Assembly (NCBI RefSeq): GCF_009914755.1
Contig: NC_060935.1
DNA length: 64,000 nucleotides
Reading direction: 5' to 3' (one strand)
DNA from: the human T2T-CHM13v2.0 reference genome, Homo sapiens
The notes beneath the pieces were generated by a model. That model worked only from the letters and a program-made list of their open reading frames with translations, had not been told where the DNA came from and did no database searches. The number at the start of each line of letters is the position of its first letter. Within the stretch, counting starts at the first letter, position 1. A program made the translations under genes and the position numbers. Shown piece after piece: positions 1 to 12,000 of this stretch.

Positions 1-106
1 TGCCAAAATGTGTTTGTTGAATTCACCTTTTCCTTATCTCATCCAACATGTTCCTCATGTCCTGCATAGCTCAGAGCTTGGCATGTAGTGGGTGTTAAGG
101 AAGTAC

Positions 107-401
107 TTTTTTTTTTTTTGAGACGGAGTCTTGGCTCTGTCTCCTAGGCTGGAGTGCAGTGGCGCGATCTCGGCTCGCTGTAACCTCCTCTTCCTGGGTT
201 CAAGTGATTCTCCTGTCTCAGCCTCCTGAGTAGCTGGGATTACAGGCTCAGGCCACCATGCATGACTAATTTTTGTATTTTTAGTAGAGACAGGGTTTCA
301 TCATGTTAGTCAGGCTGGTCTCAAACTCCTGACCTCAGGTGATTCACCCACCTCAGCCTCCCAAAGTGCTGGAATTACAGGTGTGAGCCACCGCACCTGG
401 C
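107..401 (-). mobile_element. Alu SINE (AluS, Sx/Sz-like)
   Basis: Poly-T 107-119 followed by the reverse-complement Alu dimer, ending ...gtgagccaccgcacctggc. Confidence 0.97.
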
Positions 402-436
402 TTGAATGGGTAAACATAGTTGCTTATTTCAGAGTC

Positions 437-894
437 TACATTTGTGTCCTAGAACTGTCATAACAATTAGTACGATCTTGGTGGCTTAAAACAACAGAAA
501 TTTATTCTCTCCCAGTTTTAGAACCTAGAAGTCTAAAATCAAGTGTCGGCAGGACTGTGGTCCCTCTGAAGGCTCTAGGGGAGAATCCTTTCTTCTTTCT
601 TCCAGCGTCTGATGGCTCCGAGAGTTCCTTGGTTTAGGGCTGCACAACTCCAGTCTCTGCCTCTGTCTTCACATGGCCTCTGTGTCTCAAATCTCCCTTC
701 CCCTTTTCTTTAAGGACACGAGTCATTGGATTTGGGGCCTTTCCTAAATTCTGGATGATCTTATTGCTAGATCCTTAGTTATACCTGCAAAGACCCTTTT
801 GTTTTTTTTTTCAAATAAGATCTTATTCACCGGCACTGGGGGTTAGAACATGCACATGTGTTTCGGGAAGGGTATCACCATTCCACCAGCTACA
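437..894 (-). mobile_element. ERVL-MaLR solo LTR (MLT1C-like)
   Basis: Typical MLT1 motifs ggtggcttaaaacaacagaaatttattctc, ctctgaaggctctaggggagaatcc, gtcattggattt; ~460 bp. Confidence 0.88.
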
Positions 895-1079
895 GGATGC
901 TTGCCAAGGCCTAAGGCTGAGTAGGGTATAGTAACTATAGAAAGCTTTGGTCAAATAGCTGTTTCGATTGCCATGTTTGGATGGGGAGTGGAGGGTAGTG
1001 ATGAAAGAAGATTTTTAAAGGTGTCTCATATTTCCCTCTGTCTTATCTGCCTCATTTTGAGGAAGGGTCTTCTGGAAGC

Positions 1080-1610
1080 GCATTTTAGTGAGTCATCTAG
1101 GCCATCCCATGTGGCTGTTCTATAGCTCCTTTGACCCCAAAGGCTATGCGGTAGTCCACAGTAGCTCACTTCTAATCACAGCTGACTTGAGCCCGGTTGG
1201 TGACCTGTCTCAAGATCATCCAATCTTCTAGGCTGTCCAGTGGCTCGTGGCTGATGGTCTTATTAGGAAATTGAGATGATCCACTTATATTTTTGCATGG
1301 CAACTTGAGTTTTGAAACTCAAGAGACTGAGTTAGTTGGTAGTGAACTCTGCAACTGAAGGGTCCCAGGGAGTTCCTCCGAGCCGGGCTGGCTACTGGGC
1401 CGAGGGTCAGCAGGAGTGTCAAGGAAGCCGGTCAGTAGGGAGAGCTGACTCAACAACGTGGAGAGAGCTGCAGAGGCACCATGATGGAGGGGCACCCGTG
1501 GCCTCTGAAAAAGACCAGCCTTGGACCTCAGCCACCTTCGAGTTTACATGAGGCTGTGATTTTGTGTTTCCTATTCTTGAAGTTCCATGAAATATAAAGA
1601 TACACCTACA
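1080..1610. mobile_element. Possible old ERVL/MaLR LTR remnant
   Basis: GC-richer block with a degraded MLT1-like appearance; family and orientation not resolved. Confidence 0.3.
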
Positions 1611-1619
1611 TAGTGTTGA

Positions 1620-1795
1620 TGTGTTAAGCATGCGCTCTATATTAAGCTTTTTATGTGCATTATCCGATTTATTCCTCATTGAATAGATGCTGAGATGGAG
1701 GCAACAGAGAGTAAGGGACTTGTCTAGAGTCAGTCCACTGGTAAGTTGTAGAGTAAGCCTCAAACCGGGGATCCAGCTCCAGAGCTGTGCCCGCA
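1620..1795 (-). mobile_element. MIR SINE
   Basis: Reverse MIR core gaggcaacagagagtaagggacttgtctagagtca...ggtaagt...ctccagagc. Confidence 0.7.
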
Positions 1796-3627
1796 GTGAC
1801 CCCAGCACCTCCTCTATACCCGTGTTTCTGTCCCAGCTTTTATAAGCCTCCCTGGTTTTCTCCCAAAGGAACTGGGTATGTCCCATTACTTATATCCCAG
1901 AGACAGATCCTGAATTGATTAGCCAAATTAGTAACAGACTAAAAAGTTCGCCAAGTTTTTTGGTGTACTCTTCATTGGGTTAATGTGAACATGAAGGTAA
2001 TCTATGATAAGCCATGGAGATGTAGAGTTTTTGTGATATACATTTTTTGGAATGTATTTATATTCTTCATAATAAATCCATTATAGTTTTTAAAAAATTA
2101 AAGCAACCTTGTGTTTGATGGATGTCATGCCATGATACCCTAGCACCTTCAACTCAATCAGCCAGTCTAGTCGGTCTGTTTCACAGTGGCTGAAAACACT
2201 GCCCTGACTGTTTTCCTGGCCATTTTCCTGTACTGGGCAGACATGGCCACTGTAATATAATAAAACTATTTCGAGATTGGCATATTAGAGAAATGTGCTC
2301 TTGCCTCAGCTTACTTTTTCTTCAAAACGAATGGTCTTCGTTCTTTGGAAGGCTTTGTGCACAAAGGTATCTGTAAGGGTTTAAAGTCCTAAAAATATTA
2401 CAATACATTATAATTTAGCTACAAAGTCTTCCAGGATAATACCAGAGATTCAGATTCTGAAATTCTACAGAGAACTGTCTGAGATATCTGATTGTGTTTC
2501 TGGAAAAGGGAATAGATTTGGGTTTGAATAAGGCGTGTGAAATTATAGGTTATCGTTTTTTTTCTATCATCCACTTATATAATAATGAAAAGAGAGGCTG
2601 GCAGAAGATAATACACCCTATTGAGTTAGTAATATAGGGTGTGATTTTCAAGTGCCCGCTACAGAAATGTGATTTACTTGATAATTTGAAACAGGTCCTC
2701 AGGTAAGCATATATCTTTGCCCAAAGTCTGAAATGTCCCTAAAGAAACACTGTTTCCTGATGAAAATTTAGGTTCGCAAAGTAAAAATCTGAAAGTATTC
2801 CATCTAAATCACATACCGATTGTCAAATCAAACACATAAATACCTGAAAATTAAATGCTCTGAATAGAGGGGTTTTTTTTCTTTTTTTTTTTTTCTTAAA
2901 GGCCTGCCTGTCAGTCAAGTTTGATGCGGGTGGTATTCACATGCAGCCTTGCTTTTGTGTATAAGAGCAAGCATCTGCCCAGTTGGGCATCTAATTGGTG
3001 ATCAAGGAGTATTAAGTTAATTATTTGAATGGAGACTATAACTGATATAATTTCTAAAGCTCTGGATTATAGAACAGTATTTTTATAGTGATAGGAAGAA
3101 AAGGGACATGGCTGTGACTACATTGCCAAAACATTGGATCGTACACATGGAGCCATACATAGAGTCACATTAGTGGTGGTTTTGTTTTCCTAGGTGCTTG
3201 AAGGGCTCCTGAGTGCCAAGTCATTGTATATGTAGTTACCAAGGTAAATGTAAGTAATTAAGGGAACAGAGTGCAGTGGCTTCCACTGTGCTATTTCTCA
3301 CTTTGTTTTGCATATTGCTAGGATCCAGAGCGATATGATTGGCATTTGAGGGAAGATAAGCACCATACTTGTGTTGCTTATTTTCTTTTTAATTAAGTTG
3401 CCTTCTGACAATCATACTTTCTGACATTTATTTAGCCTTTACATTTTATAAATCACTTTCACATATGCTGTTTCATTTAGTTCTCTCAACATCAGAAGGT
3501 AGTGTGATTTCTCTTCCAGAAGCTAAGTGGAGGGAGAGATGATTCCTGATAAACATTGGGGATGCCCGTAAGAGGGGTGGCTGGCACACTGTTTCTCACT
3601 GGATGACTGCCTACCCGCTGCGCTTAC

Positions 3628-3940
3628 CTTTGTGCTACCAGAGCAGGGGGAAGGAGACTTGCAGTGAGATGGCAGGACGGGGTCCCGTGAGGTAAAGGAG
3701 TCTAAGACAGCCTTCCATCCTCCAGTTAGCCAGATCCCAGTTTCCGAGAAGTATGGCGGACGGTTCCCCGGTGCTTGCCGGTCCTGGAGTTGGGCATGAA
3801 CAATAGAGGAAGTCAGGAGACACAGTCTTGCTGAATCCTCTACAACATGCTGGGCAGAAAGGCACTCGCCAAAGGATGCTACGTACAAGGCCACAGACAG
3901 TGGTCTGCCTGCAGATCTGCCGCATGCCACAAGCGACCAA
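3628..3940 (-). other. Candidate - strand non-coding exon (CpG-enriched patch ending in a strong donor)
   Basis: - strand AAG|GTAAGC donor (plus strand gcttacctt, 3622-3630); about 14 CpGs in 3560-3940 against a CpG-poor background; 5' end unknown. Confidence 0.35.
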
Positions 3941-3944
3941 ATAC

Positions 3945-4243
3945 TTTTTATCTTTTCTTTTTTTCTTTTTTTTTGTTTCGCTCTTGTCACCCAGGCTGGA
4001 GTGCAGTGGCACGATCTCGGCTCACTGCAACCTCTGCCTCTGGGTATAAGTGATTCTCCTACCTCAGCCTCTCAAGTAGCTGAGATTACAGGTGTCCACC
4101 ACCACACCCAGCTAATATTTATATTTGTAGTAGAGACAGCATTTCACCACGTTGGCCAGGCTGGTCTGGAACTCCTGACCTCAAGTGATCCACCCACCTC
4201 AGCCTCCCAGAGTGTTGGGACTACAGGCGTGAGCCATCGCGCC
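3945..4243 (-). mobile_element. Alu SINE (AluS)
   Basis: T-rich tail, then tttcgctcttgtcacccaggctggagtgcagtgg...gagccatcgcgcc. Confidence 0.97.
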
Positions 4244-4949
4244 GTCTTTTCTTTTTTTCTTTTAAAGAAAATCTCATCTGGATTCTTTCTGTTAAAGAAC
4301 TAAACCCAACTCCAATAACGCCTTTACTATCTGCCTATTTGCAGTTATACTCAACTTGCACAAAATTTGTATGCCATATACAAATATACACACATTCTCT
4401 TTACACTATATGCACATGAATGGAAATCTGCTGTACTAATATTGTCTTTTAATGTGTATGTTTAATGTGCTGTTTCGATTATAAGCATATCAAAAGCTGC
4501 AATTGCCTCTTTTTTTCTATTATCATTCTTCTTGGTCTGATATTGATTATAGGCTTGGTACATTTTGTTGTAAGACCAGTTGGTACTTCAGCTCGACAAT
4601 GGCCAGTTATAATTGATAACTGAGAAAAAGTTGTTGGAAGCGAAAACAGACCAAGAACCACACAGATTGTTCCCGCATACTCTTAAGGCTACTTGGTATT
4701 TAAATAGGAAAAGCTGTGATTATACATTTTTTGATATGCCCATAGACTTGTACGTGTATCTCCTGAGATGCAGATTAAATTTTGAGAAAATGTTTTGAGC
4801 AATAATTTAATACAGCGCTGTGGTAGTCTTATTGTAAAACCACAGGGCTTAGTGGAAATTTTTGTCGTATCACCATAGATACCAAAATCTAATTTGATTA
4901 CTCTTGTGAATAGTTGCTAACTATAATCTGATATTGACTGTTACTTTTC

Positions 4950-5205
4950 ATCGGCTGGAAGTAGTCTGCTAATTGAGCTGGAGGCAAGCCAGGGAAATCT
5001 TTCAAAGGAGTAGTTTTATATACAGCAGTTTTAATAAGCAATTCAATGAAACCTTTTATAAAAACAACAAAGGCAAGAAGGGTCTGGACGCTCTGAGCGT
5101 GCTTGACACATCTATGACTGAACGCAGGACAATGCCGGATCATGTCGGTCCCTCAGACCTGGCTCGGCAAGGTTAAATAAGAAGAGCTTAATTTATTCAG
5201 CAACG
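4950..5205 (+). other. Candidate + strand non-coding/5'-UTR exon
   Basis: ACG|GTGAGT donor at 5205/5206; 7 CpGs in ~5085-5206; repeat-free; both nearby ATG frames stop before the donor; 5' boundary uncertain. Confidence 0.45.
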
Positions 5206-5584
5206 GTGAGTATCCTTATTTGCTTAACAACTCTGTCAAAAGCAACCCTCTATGTCCCTGGAGTTGAATAAATGAGCAAGGTGCCTCTTGCGTCATCAAA
5301 TTATGCACGTCTATAGTACTGTGAGGAGGGCAGTTTGCTGCTTGATTTTTCAATCACAATTAAAGTAATATCAGATACCTTTACTGGGAAGAGAGTTTTT
5401 TCAAAGAGGCAGCCATATCTTTGCCTGTTATCACCTAGGAGCTCCCAAAACACAGTGAATGTTGTTTTTTTTTTTTCTTTTTCTTGAGGGAAGACAAATT
5501 CCATAGGGCAAATTGTTAGACCAGTTATTTGTGCTTGTTTAGTTTAACAAGTCTCTGCTCCTGGCCATGTGGTGGGGTGTGCTA

Positions 5585-5780
5585 TATTTGTTGAGCTTTT
5601 CCTACGTGCCATACACTACTAAACTCTTTACATCCCTTCTATAATTTCATCCTTATAACATACACTATCATCTCCTACTTTTGTTATGAAGAGACTCAAT
5701 TTCAGAAAATTTAATAACTGGCCCAAATATACACAGTTAATATCAGGCTGTACGTCCTGGTCTTTAGTCATTTTAACTGT
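5585..5780 (-). mobile_element. MIR SINE
   Basis: ttgagc...ctacgtgcca...tcatccttataac...gaagagactca...taactggcccaaatatacacag. Confidence 0.65.
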
Positions 5781-6054
5781 ACTGCCTCCCACCAGGGCTT
5801 GATCATTAGATGGGAGGTGAGTATGACACTATTTACAGGAAAAAGGTGTAAAAGTGCTGTTTCATTGGGCTGAAGTGATTGGTGTACCACTTCTACTTGG
5901 GCCATTGAATTTAAATGAATTAACATTTATTTGTCTATATGGTTGCGTGTAATGGAGATGCCCTATGGAAAGCACTTGACAGGTATTAGGTGCTAGTAAG
6001 TAGTCGTTTTTGTCATTGGAATTGCTTTTCAGTATGTTTGGCATGATTTTGCCT

Positions 6055-6218
6055 AGTCCTGTGTTTCTCAAAGTTACTGTGCTTTTCGGTCCCCCAAGAA
6101 TCTTGTTAAAATGCAGATTCTGCAAGTCCAGAGCAGAGCCTGAGAGTCTGTAGTTCTAAACTGTTCTGAGCCAATGTAGTGCTGGTGGCCCCAGGATCAC
6201 TTTTTGAGTAGCAAGGGC
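6055..6218. mobile_element. MER5 (MER5A/B) hAT-Charlie DNA transposon relic
   Basis: gtgtttctcaaagt...atcttgttaaaatgcagattctg...ggatcactttttgagtagcaaggg. Confidence 0.8.
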
Positions 6219-6563
6219 TTTGTCTTTGAGTGCAGCAATGAATTTCCCATGAGATGGTGTGTAGTTTTTAACTGAGATACAGCAAAATCACCAGCCCAGA
6301 GCAGACGTTTGTCCCTGGTCTCAGTAAAAAAGTGAAGAGCCAGTTGAACTAACTAGGAATTAGGCATTTTAATAGAAATGAGAAGAAGCTGGGGAGGGAA
6401 TAGAAATGAAAGGAATGCTCCAAGTCAAGGAAATACATCTTCCTAGGAAACACGAAAGTAGTTGGAAAAAGTTGCTCTGAAGTGTGAACAGGTTATCATG
6501 GAAAGATCTTGGTAGGAAACCTCCAAAGACAAACTGTCTCAATCCCACATTGCTTTCATCATC

Positions 6564-6715
6564 AAGGCCCCTACTAATGAGGCAATTAAGGTTGCTAGGA
6601 TACAGACTTTAAGGAGGCGCCCACTCTCAGGGCCCATCCTCTGTTTGCACCACCCTGAGAGTTAGTGCTTCATTAAATTTTGAGCCCTAGAGACTTTATT
6701 CTCCTCACCCCTGTT
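6564..6715. mobile_element. MER96-like palindromic hAT MITE
   Basis: Internal inverted repeat tttaaggaggcgcccactctcaggg ... ccctgagagttagtgcttcattaaa. Confidence 0.75.
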
Positions 6716-6734
6716 CTATCTATCTAACATTGTC

Positions 6735-6850
6735 AAACTGGAAGTGATCTTAGTAATCACCGTATTCAGCCCTCTATTTTATAGATACAGAAACTGGGCT
6801 CCAGGTTAAATGACTTGTTCAATGTAAGTAAGAGTGAAATCATATTTAAT
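6735..6850 (-). mobile_element. MIR/MIR3 fragment
   Basis: attttatagatacagaaactgggctccaggttaaatgacttgttca. Confidence 0.65.
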
Positions 6851-7131
6851 GGATTCCAAGATGCACATTTCTCACTGACAGTTGAACTGACATCAGGATT
6901 GTCTTATCATTGATGGCTTTTGACTTTAGTGTCATAGTTTGATTGGCAGTGTTTCACCTTTCTTCGTGGTATAAAAATAATGATGGTGCATCTTACCGTG
7001 GATGGGTTCTTATGTACCATGAAACACAGTATTAGAGAGTCAGGTCCTCTGCCTCCTGATTCGGTGCTCCTCTGCTGCACACTTGGTGACAAGGTTATCC
7101 TGATGTCTGCATGGTTACTTTGGTGATTTTA

Positions 7132-7362
7132 GAGACAGCTTAGCATTGTGGCTGAGAGCATGGGATGTAGAACCAGACTTCCCTCCCACATACCAGCCAT
7201 CTAACTTCTGCCCAAGCAGCTTACTTCTCTGTAATCAAAGGTGGCAAAAGTGTTAACTACCCAGTAGTGTCCTTGTGAGAATGAAATGAATTAATCCACA
7301 CAAATCAGTTGGAACAGTTGCTGACACATAGTAAGCACTCAATAAACATACTGTTGTTGTTG
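7132..7362 (+). mobile_element. MIR SINE
   Basis: 5' tagcattgtggctgagagcatgg and 3' gtgagaatgaaatga...gacacatagtaagcactcaataaa. Confidence 0.8.
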
Positions 7363-7999
7363 ATGACAGTCTCACTGACCAAGTCACCCTGGACCCCCGA
7401 TGGTGTCTGTACAATAACTTGAACCAAATAGGTATTCCTCTATGCATGCTATATGAATGTAACTGTATTGAGAGTCCTGTTAAACCCTGGACAAGATTTC
7501 TGAGTATCAGCATATTTCACTTCTTATGCTTACTACCAAGGGAAACCATAGCATTTCCACCCATAAAGGGTGTTAAAAGCATAAATTGACAAAGATTTGT
7601 CTTGACTGATACAGATGTTGGCCTGTCTGCAAACAGCTGTACCAGGTGAAATCCATGACAGTTCTGTAATCTTCTGTTAAGTGAGACCCGTTATTGTTTT
7701 AGTACTAATTCCACAATGGCCAGGGAGTTCTGACTAGATTGCAGTTGTTATGAGCCTTGCTCAGATGAGACATGGTTGGCCACTGTGCCTTCCTTTACCC
7801 TGCCTCCAGCTCTGCAGTTATCATTCGTATTAGCCCCCTTGTGTGATTGCCTAATACAGTCGTCTTGAAAAGTGATGGATATAGACAACATGATTGTTCT
7901 TCACACTTATTCTCAAACTTTTCTCCTTATTTTTTCTTTCTCCTCTTGTGATCGCTGTGTTTAACTAGGTGATTGGGGAATCTGGGTTAAGCCTCTCCT

Positions 8000-8235
8000 A
8001 AATCTCTTCCCTTCACCAGGCAGGATACAGTTTCTCCTCCTGAACCCCCAGGGGACTCTGCAGCTGTCTTCTACCATTTACCACAGGCTTCGGTTTATGT
8101 GTTTACTTGTTTTGTCTGCTGCTCTGCTGCTTGGTTATGAGGACCCTTAAAGAAGGGATCTTGGCTCACTCTTTATCATCCTGCAGCAGCTGACATAGTA
8201 CTTTACGGTTCTTAGTAGACATTCACTGAATGGAT
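8000..8235 (+). mobile_element. L2 LINE 3' end
   Basis: Degraded L2 3' terminus ending ...tagtagacattcactgaatggata. Confidence 0.5.
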
Positions 8236-11200
8236 ACCTTTTGGGTTTCTGAGTAGATCTGGGATAGATTTATTTCACCCAGTTCATATATATTCTATAA
8301 ATAGATAATAGCTCATCTGGGGTTATGCCAACCTCCCTAATTATCTGCCTTATAAAAGCAGGGCAAGTTATTCTCCCACAACATAGCAAATTTTATCCAA
8401 CTTCCATAAGCCGCATTACACATTAATAATAGCAGTAATGCTATACCTTGGTAGATGATAATAGATGACTTCAGACCAATTTGCTTCTAACACCCAGATT
8501 CCATACAATGAACCTCACGTTGTACTGATGCTCAGTTGTCAGGGAGAAAATCTGTTCTGTTGGTGGTGAGAGTTTCAAGGGGCTGAGCCTTGGAAGGCAA
8601 GTTGAAGGAGGCACTTACTTTCTGTGATGTAGCTGTGAACAAGAAGGTGCAGGCTATGCAGGGCTCCTGGCCCCAGGGAGTCTAGCAGATCTCATGAATG
8701 GGATTTTGGTCTTCCAGAACTGACAAAGTAGGGAATGCTTTTGGTGAACATTTTTTGGTGAATGCTCTAAAAGACCCCTCAGACTCCCTGCCAATCTTCA
8801 GGTAACATTTACTAAGTTTGCAACGAATCTGTCTTCTTAAATACACTTTTCATTGATCGGTGGACATATATTGGGAAGGGCAGAGCAATCTGATATTGAA
8901 GATTAAACAGCTATATCTATTTGAAAGGACTCTACAGTTCAGATGCTCAGGGATGTGTCTTGCTTCGAAGTTCTTGTAAACATTCTTAAGGAAGGTAGGT
9001 GTTAAAAGTTCATTCATTACTGAGGCATTTCACTGTCTCTTATTTATGTCTTTCACCTCTAAAAGTGTCAGCCACACATTTTGGTTTGCCATGTTACTTT
9101 GCACCAGTTTAAGGTGAAAAAGGCTATTCCTAACTCAGAGAGTTGGGAAGAAGCGTGAACAGAGGATTGGATTAGGAAACTTAGACAAATTTCCAGCTTC
9201 TGGCAGAGTCTTTATTTGGCAACTTAAAAAAAAATAATACTTGCAGTGTTAAAAATTATCAGGATATAAATCATAATCTCAATACAAGATAAGAAAAATA
9301 ACAGGTTTTATTTTTGATTATCTGAATAACTTCTCTTCAGTTTTCATGAGTACTTATAAGTTGATTGTACTTAAATCCCCTTTGTAACAATGCAAGGTAA
9401 GTAAATAATTAAAACATGGCAACTGTGCAGATTAGTTCAAGCCTACAGATATATTTTTCGACTGAGGCTTTAGAATCAATTTTTCTAAGGCTTAGACAAA
9501 TGCAAATTTTAACCAGAGAGAAAGCACATAGTTATATTCTAGTTATTCTTTCGTGAGGTGGTCTTTCTTTGCAAACAGATAAACTAAATGTATAGTTGGT
9601 AATGCATATGAGAATCACAGAGAATCATTTTTCACAGGCCGGAGGACTTTTCTTTGTATTCCTTTGCAATGACAGCTGGGGGCAGGTCATGAATGTATCT
9701 CCTATTTCCCTGTCTTCCCATCTTACCTCACTATGCTTACAGCATTCATGTTATGGGCTAAAAATGGAAGGAATAAAAAGCAAAAGAGCCTAAAGTACGA
9801 TCCACAGATGACCTCAGCTGACTTTGTTTTTTGTTTGTTGTTTTGCTTTTTTGTTCAAAGTGAACTTTTACGTTCATAATTCTCTAGCTTCTCAACTCAT
9901 AGTTGCTACAGATCTTCAGCAGTTTGCCATTCAGTCTCATTTTGTCTGTTCCTTTCTGAAGTTGTCCACACCTTAGTGACCCCAGAAAAACCCTTCCTGA
10001 TGGCATGCAGCTAACTTAAGGGTGTCAAACTTCCTATTGATAGGAGCTGTTGAACTTGACAGCCTCGATAGAGGGTGAGTATGAGGCATGAATAACTCAA
10101 TTTGTTCTTCTTGATCACTTAGGGGGCTTCATAGCATAGTTCTCTCTATTAGCATCATAAAATAAATTTGCATGAAAATGTCTGTGCATTGCTCTTTTGG
10201 CCTTTTCAGAGAAAGCAGATTTACTCCTGCTTTAAGGAGCTCAGTCTCTACTTTCATTTGACTTGAGGCATTATAGAGGTCAGAGGACATGGTCTATCCT
10301 TAGCGGCTAAGATCGCAAGGCATTCTGCATGACTGTAGCTGGCAGGGTAGCATTTCAGGCCAGTGCAGTGTTCTTTTCAGGTGTCATAGTGATTGCCTTC
10401 CAAAGCATTTGAAAAGAAAAGTTAACATTAACCACCATAACAAGTGGTAGCGTCATTCTAATGTTGAGATCGTTATTTCAACAAAACAAATGGTTCTGGA
10501 GTGATACTATATGCTGAAGAATCAAAGTTTAACGTTAGTCTTGAGTTTATTTGATTTTGAAGTTGCTTCATCAGAAATGAATAAATAGACTTAAAGAGAG
10601 AAATACCACAAGCTTTAAACATAAACACTAAGTAGATTGACATCTTGTCTCTAACTTCAAATCACAGTAAAATCAGCAATTCACAAAGGAATTATATATA
10701 TTCCTCAGCCATTGGTAGGTGGATTAGAAGATGGTAATTCGGGCTAATGCAAGCTAATCAATAGAATTTTACTATCCTTAGAAGACACTCCAATGGCCAT
10801 TCTGTTGTAGTCATTATAAGAAACAATCATTTACCCAGTAGGCTTTATTCTGAGTAGAAGCTGAAACCACATGGTGGGATTAGCTTGATCAGTCCAAACT
10901 GACTGACCATGTATCCCCGCTGCCCCTGCCCCACTCAACCATTTGATATGGCATAGCGATCATTGGGTAAAACACTAGTACCTAGCTAACAAATTCATGT
11001 GCAGCTTGCAAAGCTAAACTTTATGGGCCTGTCTTCTGATGTTCTTATTTGGGCAGTGATATGATGCGAGTAACAAAAGATGGACTTTTATAGGCTACAG
11101 GTGTATGTAGGAAATTTGTCATATTTCTCTCACTCCTTTTTTTCTAGGTTGCTTTTAAATGTATCATTAGCATCTCTATATATTAATGAGTTACTTTTTG

Positions 11201-11439
11201 AAATCCAGTTCCTAATAACACCATTTTTCATAAGTAGATTATATCTTTAGTGACTTGTTTTGCTGGAGTTTAATGGCAGTGTTGAAGGATATTATTTATT
11301 TTTTGATTTGGGCTAAGATAGCTATAATTGGCAACAGTATGCATTAAAAATGTAAAATTAGCAAAGCAGTTGAGAAATCTAAATGTACCAGATCTATGCA
11401 TTTCATTAAACTCTACATCTGGCTCAAAAATTATAAGGC

Positions 11440-11739
11440 AGCCGGGCGCGGTGGCTCACGCCTGTAATCCCAACACTTTAGGAGGCCGAGGTGGGCAGAT
11501 CACAAGGTCAAAAGTTTGAGACCAGCCCGGCCAACATGGTGAAACCCTGTCTCTACTAAAAATACAAAAATTAGCTGGGTGTGGTGGCTAGCTCCTGTAG
11601 TCCCAGCTACTCGGGAGGCTGAGGCAGGAGAATTGCTTGAACCCAGGAGACGGAGGTTGCCGAGATCGCGCCACTGCACTCCAGCCTGGGTGACAGAGCA
11701 AGACTCCATCTCAAATAATAATAATAACAATAATAATAA
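11440..11739 (+). mobile_element. Alu SINE (AluSg-like) with (AAT)n tail
   Basis: gccgggcgcggtggctcacgcc..., gatcacaaggtc, small deletion at ggaggttgc^cgagatc, AAT-repeat tail from 11714. Confidence 0.97.
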
Positions 11740-11880
11740 GTCTTTGGATCTTTCCCTTGAAACTAAAAAATAGAGTGGGTTTAGTTTTTTTTTTAATCAG
11801 AGCATAAAAGCTATTAATTAAGTTTACGTTTACTAAATTGAACAACTGTGGTTAAGACAGTGTTAGGCTTAGAATTTTCT

Positions 11881-12000
11881 TTTCTTTATCGAGGTCTTGT
11901 TATGTTGCCCAAGCTGGATTCAAACTCCTGGGCTCAAGGGATCCACCCACCTCCACCTCCCAAGTAGCTGAAACTACAAGCACACAGCACCGTGCCTGGC
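11881..12000 (-). mobile_element. FLAM_A-like Alu monomer
   Basis: Single monomer flanked by a 14-bp TSD gcttagaattttct (11867-11880; 12004-12017). Confidence 0.9.

Noticed and set aside
3523-4012. 155-aa and 125-aa - strand ORFs
   Set aside because: They start in the Alu and its tail (poly-Lys artefact), read past or stop near the donor, and resemble no protein I know.
4001-4303. Alu-derived ORFs (also at 11500, 22109, 31150, 35316, 43580, 45114)
   Set aside because: These are standard Alu translations (e.g. [23 protein letters not shown]), not genes.
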